This document shows, one piece after another, positions 57,405-64,000 of a stretch of DNA of 64,000 nucleotides (within the stretch, counting starts at the first letter, position 1; each line of letters begins with the position of its first letter). Origin of the DNA: a virus (taxonomy: Duplodnaviria > Caudoviricetes); the IMG/VR virus record IMGVR_UViG_3300050142_000050, positions 1 through 64,000 of that record. One strand, 5' to 3'. The notes beneath the pieces are model-generated. The model had not been told where the DNA came from, searched no databases, and saw only the letters and a list, made by a program, of their open reading frames with translations. The position numbers and the translations under genes are program-made.

Positions 57405-58667
57405 ATGCCTAGTAATATTGGCAAGGAATATCCCTATCTTGCAAACACCACAATGGACGTTCGTCTGTTGGGTATGCCATATCTACTCACATCGTTCCCA
57501 CAGCAGATCTCAGGATCTCGTGGTGACATGTACAACCACCACCAAGCACAAGCGATGGTGCTCAATAAGCCGGGTCTGGCTGGTGTGTTCTCTGGATTGG
57601 AACCTCAGTTCCGTGAACACATGGTGGAACCTCTAACGCGTCCGCATCGGGTGAAGGTCCTCAGGGTCATTCCGAAGTACCGCAGGGGTTTCATGGACAA
57701 CTGGGCCAAGAATTGTCCAGAGCGTTATGTGATCGTCGAGACAGAGGAAACCAATCCCAAGACCGGAAACAAGTTCGGTAGGTTGGACGTCTTGACGATC
57801 AGTACCTATTACGAAGGTGCTAATGGATTCGGCTATCTGCCGATCCTCAAGAATGTGGACAAGCTGACAGTCGGAGCCTATCTGGATCCTGACATGATCT
57901 TCTCCCATTCCCCTGGGATCATCGGTGACGATTATGGCTTCGGTGTGGATCTCAATGTGATCTATGGATCCTTTGCTGAGACCATCGAGGATGCTTTCGT
58001 CATCAGTGAATCAGCAGCGAAGAAGCTGGAGACCACTGAGGTCAAGTCCCACATCATCAATGTGGTACCTGATCGTCGTCCCCTCAACCTCTATGGTGAC
58101 GATAGTCTCCCGCAGTTCCTCCCCAACATCGGGGACTTCGTGCGTGAAGATGGTATCCTCTGCGGGCAGCGTCCTTCGCACTGGGCGACTGTGGCAGCTG
58201 ATGCTGATCCTAATGCCCTCAAGGAGGTATTGCCCTTCCAGGACAAGTTGTGGCGTCCTGCTGGCATGACTGGTGACACTAAGGTGATCGACGTCACCTT
58301 TGCAGCTAACCTGAACAACATCGGTGATTGTTATCCCCAAGTGGAGCGGCACATCAGCGACTATGTGACTGGGTGCTGTAAGTCACTGCTGGAAGTCTTC
58401 TACCAGTACTGTGAGCCGATTGGGAATCGTCCTCCTCTCCTCACTCCAACAAATCGCATGAACGAACTCTTCGTCCGTGCGTTCAAGCACTTCATCGGGA
58501 TGGGAGGACGCGATGTCCGTCTCGATGGTATCTTCAAGTCCGAGATGAAGCGTAGTCAGCTGGAAGGATTCGACGGACGTCCTGTCGAGTTCATTCAGGC
58601 TAAGGTGGTGACAGCTAAACGCCGTAAGGTGACTGCTACATCGAAGCTTACTGATAAATCGGGTGGT
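57405..58667 (+). CDS. nvRNAP beta C-terminal subunit (phiKZ gp71-73-like), exon 1
   Basis: SRGDMYNHHQAQA, GVDLNVIYGSFAETIEDAFVIS, ends KLTDKSGG; RBS and ATG at 57405. Confidence 0.87.
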
Positions 58668-59028
58668 TTACACTAAGCCTCCATAATCTGAGAAGGTTAT
58701 GGAAATCTCCTCTAATTGCGGGGAAGCCCTTAGAGCTCAAGATACCAAGTCTGAGAATAACTCTCTCAGATGGCCGATGTAATCAATCGGGTATGGTAAC
58801 AACTCTTGAGATTGGGTAATCGCGCAGCCAAGCAGGGCCTCTATGGGGTTTTGAAGGTCCAACGGCTAACCGCTTACCACGGTGTAGGAGTCAGTGACTC
58901 CGAAATGGGGAGCACCCTACTCTAACGAGAGGGTGAAGATATAGTCTGCTCACATGTGAGAGCATGTGCGGAGCTGCCTCTATACGAGGACGAGCCGGGT
59001 GAGTCTAACGAACTCACTGGACAGTAGG
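58668..59028 (+). ncRNA. Group I intron (361 nt, no homing endonuclease) in the nvRNAP beta gene
   Basis: P1 ggt|tta-cac-taa-gcc with U.G; P aattgcggggaa 58714, R gtccaacggcta 58857, S aagatatagtc 58936; terminal G; splicing gives KLTDKSGG-KGV, aligning with the beta motif KLAGRHGNKGV. Confidence 0.9.
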
Positions 59029-60243
59029 AAAGGAGTCAGTGCCGTAATCTGGCCTGATAGCTATATGCCCGTCGATGAGTACGGCAACGTAGCTGAAGTG
59101 ATGATCGGTGGCTCCACATTCGTGAGCCGTAATAATCCGAGTGGTCCCATCGAAGTGGGAATCAACTTCATCAGCGAGATTGTCAGGAAGCGTGCTCACA
59201 CGATCAAGGTATCGTCCGGTACTGAGGAAGCCTTGAAGGAAGTCCTCGAATGGTGCAAAGATGTCAATCCGATGTATCACAAGGTCATCGAGGAAACATA
59301 CACCACACCGGTTCAGCGTGAAGCCTTCTTGAACGACATGCTCAAGCAGTTCCGAGTATGGGCTCCGCCTACGTTGGATACGTTTGCGCCGACGGAGGAG
59401 GATCGTCTTAACGTCCTCAGGAACTTCTCGATGTGGTCTGAGAAGTATGGTGCGTATCCGACACACATCACGCGCCTGATTCCACAAGCGGATGGTACCC
59501 TCAAGAAGTTCGTCTCTGACGATAAGTTTGTGATCGGTAAGAAGTATATCCTTCACCTCAGCAAACTTCCTACCCAGACAGCTCCTGGGTTTGCTTCGAC
59601 TAACCACATGGGTATCCCAATCAAGTCCAGTCAGGAGAGTAAGTTCTCCCCTGTGAGCTTGAGTCCTTACAAATTCGGTGAGGATGAAATCCGTGTTATG
59701 TCGATGGACTCTTCTGTCAAGGAAGTGGGACGCCTGATGGCGCTCTATGCTAACTCGCCCACGGGTGTGAAGCAAGTCATCCGTACGATCTTGGAAGCTG
59801 AGCATCCTACTCGGATCGCTCGTACTCCTATTTCGAATGGTGAATTGGCACGAACCAACACAGTGCTCAGGGCGTTCCATTCTTCGACGACTGCATTGGG
59901 TGTGGAAACCCGCAATACGCTGGTGACCAGTCAGATGCAGATCCCTGATGAGATTCGTCGGATCATCGCTGATTCGGAAATCTTTGTACCGCCTGGTGAG
60001 GATGATGATGAATCTCATCTCCCCAAGCCGGTGGCTACACGGCAGAAGAAGAAGCCTCGTAAGACGGCTCCTACCACAGCTGAGGTGGAAGCTATCGAAG
60101 GTGAGATGATCCTCCCGGAGTCGGACCTGGGAGTAGCTGACGTCACGCCGGTCGAGATCAGCACTGAGATCGATATCGAGACCGATATCCAGGGTATGTA
60201 TGGTGAGTTAGGAGGGAACTATTCCTCCGATGACGATGATTGA
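59029..60243 (+). CDS. nvRNAP beta C-terminal subunit, exon 2
   Basis: KGVSAVIWPDSYMPVDEYG, SRNNPS, LHLSK, KFGEDE; acidic tail. Confidence 0.87.
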   Translation, partial: KGVSAVIWPDSYMPVDEYGNVAEVMIGGSTFVSRNNPSGPIEVGINFISEIVRKRAHTIKVSSGTEEALKEVLEWCKDVNPMYHKVIEETYTTPVQREAFLNDMLKQFRVWAPPTLDTFAPTEEDRLNVLRNFSMWSEKYGAYPTHITRLIPQADGTLKKFVSDDKFVIGKKYILHLSKLPTQTAPGFASTNHMGIPIKSSQESKFSPVSLSPYKFGEDEIRVMSMDSSVKEVGRLMALYANSPTGVKQVIRTILEAEHPTRIARTPISNGELARTNTVLRAFHSSTTALGVETRNTLVTSQMQIPDEIRRIIADSEIFVPPGEDDDESHLPKPVATRQKKKPRKTAPTTAEVEAIEGEMILPESDLGVADVTPVEISTEIDIETDIQGMYGELGGNYSSDDDD

Positions 60244-60301
60244 TTGAGTATCGGTGGGAGGAAGCTCCTCCCACCATTTTCACAAATGGGGTGATCTAGA
60301 T

Positions 60302-62326
60302 ATGGTAGAAGTCTATAACCCTTCGCGCGTGTTGTCAGAAGACTGGCGTACTATGTGCGTCGAACGCCGATTTGAGCCAGTGGCTCTAGAGACCCTCGAA
60401 GGTCCCATCGAGATGAACTATGCTTATCTCTTGGTGAACCTGATGATCAACATGCCGATCATCGAACGGGGATTTCCCATCCCGGGTATGAAGACGGTTT
60501 TCCCCATGAGGACAATCTATGGGAACAAAGTCCAAGCCGGACTCCTCGAGAACGTAGTCCAGTATCTCGAGTCCCATGGATATGTCCGTGACAATCTCGG
60601 ACGATCCGTCATGAGTGTGGCTCAGGCCAGCCACAACATCTATTATTCGCACTTGGCTGGCTATGCGATCCCTCTCGACATCTTCTCGATCGCGAAGACG
60701 TTCCTCCAACCTGAAGTCGAGGCTCTCCTTGATCCTGGGTATGGGGATAAGTCTGATCAGGATATCCATCGGATGTCCGAGCAGTTCCGCAACAACTGTA
60801 AGAGGTTGACTGATCTGCTCAAGTCGTCGAGCCTTCCCTTCAACGCGCTGCGGTCTCCTTTGATCACTGGGTCGCTGAAGGAACAGCAGTTCTGGCAATT
60901 CGCTATGTCGGTGGGACCTCGTTCCGACTCTGACGAGCGAATCTTCCTGGAGCCGGTGGATGGTGCATTCCTTACAGGTATGAAGGACATTATCGACTTT
61001 GCTCTGGAAAGTCGTGCTGCTGCTAAGGCTAAGTATTACAGTTATCAGTTCATGCCCCAGGCGGCATATACCTCACGTAAGAACCACATCCAGACTTCGG
61101 TGTTCAGGTATCTGTACCGAGGCGACTGTGGCTCTAAGGTATTCCTTGAGTATCACCCGACCAAGGAGACCTTCGATTATCACCTAGGACGGTTCTACAA
61201 GACCGACGATGGTGGTCTGCGTGAGATTACCACCGATAACAAGCATGAGGTCCTCAACAAGGATATCCTCCTACGAGATCCTCATGGATGTCGCTATGTG
61301 GATGGTGTCTGTGAGGTCTGCATGGGGACCATCAGTAAGCACTTCCCGACCGATGGTAACATCGGTTTCATCGCTAACTCGAAGACTACGTCTCCGATGG
61401 CTCAGGCGGTGTTGTCGGCAAAGCACTTGGCGATGCCGATCGTGATGCTCTATTCCATCCCGCCCAAGTTGGTTGATATCTTCTACTCCAACAAGAACAA
61501 TGACATCTACTTCCACGACCGCATCAAGTCTGTGGCTAAGAATCGAGCCATCGGTTTCGATGTCAAGGATGTCAAGAAGATCGATGACCTCCAGCACACT
61601 ACGAGTGATGATCTCAAGTCCTCGTATTATTCGAAGATCATGCGTCTGACATACGCAGAGATCGACGATCGTGATACCATCGGGAGGATCATCGTCAAGT
61701 CGAACATGGAGTCCGAGGTGGGTAAAGCCTATCCTCATCTCGCGACTGAAGTGCTCAACATCATCCGTAAGGATCCTAGCGTCCTTATCAGGCAGGGGAA
61801 TACTATCTGGCTCCGGCTGGACAAGATCGACCTCGACAAGCCCGTGATGCAGTGCACTGTCATGAATGACTCGATTCGTTTCTATGTGGCTGACTTCCGA
61901 GAGTTCGTCACGACACGCGTCGAGCGTTATACTTCGGCTAACTTGGCACTGCGGGATCTGTGCAAGATCATCTGGGGACGTGTGGGTGCACACTCCAGTC
62001 TGATCTCTATCCTCCTGCGGTCATGCTTGGTGACGAGTGCCACCGACTATTCCATCCCAGCGATCAAAGATCCTGATGATGTGATGTATGCTCGTCAATC
62101 CAAGATCATACCTATGCGGAGTGTGGCTAATTACTTCGCATTCCAGGGCTATGCCCAGAGTCGGTGCAAAACAGGGATGTTCATCATTCCTAAGCGCCGT
62201 GGTCAGTTCGATGAAATGATGGGTTATACAGACACCATCGCCCGTGATGCTAATTGGCCACCCTATTCGGATGTTCTCCATGAGATCCCGATGGGCACCA
62301 ATGAGACGATCGGTTTCTACCACTGA
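60302..62326 (+). CDS. nvRNAP beta' C-terminal subunit (phiKZ gp74-like)
   Basis: YRGDCGS, LRDPHGCRYVDGVCEVCMG Zn site, NIGF...AQAVLSAKH trigger-loop region. Confidence 0.87.
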   Translation: MVEVYNPSRVLSEDWRTMCVERRFEPVALETLEGPIEMNYAYLLVNLMINMPIIERGFPIPGMKTVFPMRTIYGNKVQAGLLENVVQYLESHGYVRDNLGRSVMSVAQASHNIYYSHLAGYAIPLDIFSIAKTFLQPEVEALLDPGYGDKSDQDIHRMSEQFRNNCKRLTDLLKSSSLPFNALRSPLITGSLKEQQFWQFAMSVGPRSDSDERIFLEPVDGAFLTGMKDIIDFALESRAAAKAKYYSYQFMPQAAYTSRKNHIQTSVFRYLYRGDCGSKVFLEYHPTKETFDYHLGRFYKTDDGGLREITTDNKHEVLNKDILLRDPHGCRYVDGVCEVCMGTISKHFPTDGNIGFIANSKTTSPMAQAVLSAKHLAMPIVMLYSIPPKLVDIFYSNKNNDIYFHDRIKSVAKNRAIGFDVKDVKKIDDLQHTTSDDLKSSYYSKIMRLTYAEIDDRDTIGRIIVKSNMESEVGKAYPHLATEVLNIIRKDPSVLIRQGNTIWLRLDKIDLDKPVMQCTVMNDSIRFYVADFREFVTTRVERYTSANLALRDLCKIIWGRVGAHSSLISILLRSCLVTSATDYSIPAIKDPDDVMYARQSKIIPMRSVANYFAFQGYAQSRCKTGMFIIPKRRGQFDEMMGYTDTIARDANWPPYSDVLHEIPMGTNETIGFYH

Positions 62327-62388
62327 CCGAGTGATAACGAGCTCCCCACCACGTGGTGGGGAGCTACAGTTTATAGAGGTACGTTTCG

Positions 62389-63885
62389 ATGGGCACTATC
62401 AACATCTATACGACGACGCTTGGGTTCCGTGTGGGTGTGGAGCCCGATGGGACCTTGAGTAACACCAACACCTACATCTCTGAGTATGCTAGGGCATTGC
62501 AGCAGTGGGACTTCGATTCCAAATCCCGTCGGTATGAGAAGGTGGAAGATTTCTACCACTACGACGAGACCACGAAGACTGCGTATTTCCCCAGGTACGA
62601 TCTCGAGCGATTTATTTCCTTCATCTGTTATTACGGACATAAGGAAAACATCATCCCAGTGGCACCTGTCAAAGGTGATCCAGCGAAATTCTACATGTTG
62701 CCGCATATCACGTATAAAGACGAACTCCAGAAAGAAGCTGTCGAGTTTATCACGGACGAGAAGAATGGTCCGGTACGTGCATTGGCAATTCAAACAGGCA
62801 GAGGTAAGACCACGGCCACAGTGATGGCGATGTCACACCTAGGTGTGCGTACCATGGTGACTATGACTACGCGCCTGGAGCAGTGGGTACCTGCTATCAA
62901 GCAGTATGCAGCGGTAGACGATGGAGAGATTTACACCATCAAAGGTGAACCATCTCTCACCAAGATCATCCGCATGGCTGAACGTAAGGATAAGCTCCCC
63001 AAGATCATCCTAGCATCGGCTCAGACTCTCAAGAACTACATGAAGTATAAGGAAGGTTATCGACACCTACCTAATCCTTCTACCTTCTGCGAGTTGCTGG
63101 GTATCGGCATCATCGCCGATGACGAATATCACGAGCACTTCCACACCAATTTCATGATGGGATTGCTGTTTAATGCAGCTGTCTATATCCCAGTATCTGC
63201 CACACTGGTGGTGAACCACAAGTTCATCCGTGGTATCTTTGACAAAGTTGTACCTCAAAAGGTAAGGTTTGGCGGAGAGTACGCCAAATACGTCAAGGTG
63301 TTGGAGTGTTCGATGGAGTTTGGCGGTCACCTGGTCAAACCTCATCACTACAAGCAACGAGGTGCGTATAGCCAATCGAAGTTTGAGGAATTCCTCTTAT
63401 CTGAGAAAGGCGCACCTCTCATGGAAATGTACTGGAGGAAGGCTATCCTACCTCTAGTCACAGAGCAGTACATCGAACTAGCAGAAGAAGGAGAAAAGCT
63501 ACTTATCATCGCGAATACTCGTGCCATGTGCGAAGAGCTACAGGTACGACTGAAGAGAATCACAAATCGTTCTATCGGTATCTTCGTATCGGGTGTCTCT
63601 ACGACAGTGCTCGATAAGTCGGATATCATCCTGTCTACCCCGGGTAGTGCAGGAACTGGTCGGGACGTGGCTATGCTGCGCTCATGCATCGTACTGGAAA
63701 ATACAGCTAGTGAGGCTCGTATTATTCAGTTCTTAGGTCGACTGCGTATGATGAAGTCTGGTAATATCCCAGTCTTTGTCACATGCTACTTCTCATGTAT
63801 CCCTCAACATCAGAGGTATGCAACAATCCGCTCAATGCTCTATGCAGAAAGAGCAAAGGAGTTAATCTATCGGAGATTATCATGA
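62389..63885 (+). CDS. SF2 (UvsW-like) DExH helicase (phiKZ gp75-like)
   Basis: IQTGRGKT, DEYH, VSAT, GTGRD and QFLGRLR motifs. Confidence 0.85.
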   Translation: MGTINIYTTTLGFRVGVEPDGTLSNTNTYISEYARALQQWDFDSKSRRYEKVEDFYHYDETTKTAYFPRYDLERFISFICYYGHKENIIPVAPVKGDPAKFYMLPHITYKDELQKEAVEFITDEKNGPVRALAIQTGRGKTTATVMAMSHLGVRTMVTMTTRLEQWVPAIKQYAAVDDGEIYTIKGEPSLTKIIRMAERKDKLPKIILASAQTLKNYMKYKEGYRHLPNPSTFCELLGIGIIADDEYHEHFHTNFMMGLLFNAAVYIPVSATLVVNHKFIRGIFDKVVPQKVRFGGEYAKYVKVLECSMEFGGHLVKPHHYKQRGAYSQSKFEEFLLSEKGAPLMEMYWRKAILPLVTEQYIELAEEGEKLLIIANTRAMCEELQVRLKRITNRSIGIFVSGVSTTVLDKSDIILSTPGSAGTGRDVAMLRSCIVLENTASEARIIQFLGRLRMMKSGNIPVFVTCYFSCIPQHQRYATIRSMLYAERAKELIYRRLS

Positions 63886-64000
63886 TTCCTCAATTCACAC
63901 AGACGAATGCGTTCCGCGTCAATGAATGGGCCCCTAATGGCGATGTCGCCCGGGTCCTTTCGGAGACACAATTTGACGGCTTTGGTGGGCTCGAGATCAA
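63882..64000 (+). CDS. Partial ORF running off the window end
   Basis: ATGA overlap with the helicase stop; MIPQFTQTNAFRVNEWAP... open to the edge. Confidence 0.5.
   Translation, partial: MIPQFTQTNAFRVNEWAPNGDVARVLSETQFDGFGGLEI

Noticed and set aside
58966-59028. Independent start for the 425-aa ORF
   Set aside because: Lies inside intron 2; real coding sequence begins at 59029 after splicing
1-64000. Stop-codon reassignment or inteins
   Set aside because: Genes tile densely under the standard code, the only broken core genes are explained by introns, and no core protein is oversized or shows intein splice motifs

Overview
This 64 kb window comes from a phiKZ-like, nucleus-forming jumbo phage (Chimalliviridae-like), translated with the standard code. 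The core genes are recognisable: SbcC and SbcD, RuvC, the N-terminal half of a split family-B DNA polymerase, the major capsid protein, DnaB, UvsX/RecA, virion/tail genes, a GH19 endolysin with an Rz/embedded Rz1 spanin pair, chimallin (ChmA), four non-virion RNA polymerase (nvRNAP) subunits, ChmC- and PicA-like genes (assigned mainly by synteny) and an SF2 helicase. Two nvRNAP genes are each interrupted by a compact group I intron with no homing endonuclease (41261-41627, 58668-59028). Both introns sit inside catalytic motifs, and they share a 53/56-nt identical 3' block. A tRNA-shaped RNA with a GAGA tetraloop in place of the anticodon loop (2811-2891) lies directly behind an early-promoter motif. 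Other observations: two tandem paralog arrays, an unannotated 42-aa ORF after chmA, a Tyr-spaced YxAP low-complexity tail, and about 19 polarity-biased intergenic palindromes. All gene names come from motif recognition and recalled phiKZ/Goslar gene order; no database search was run.
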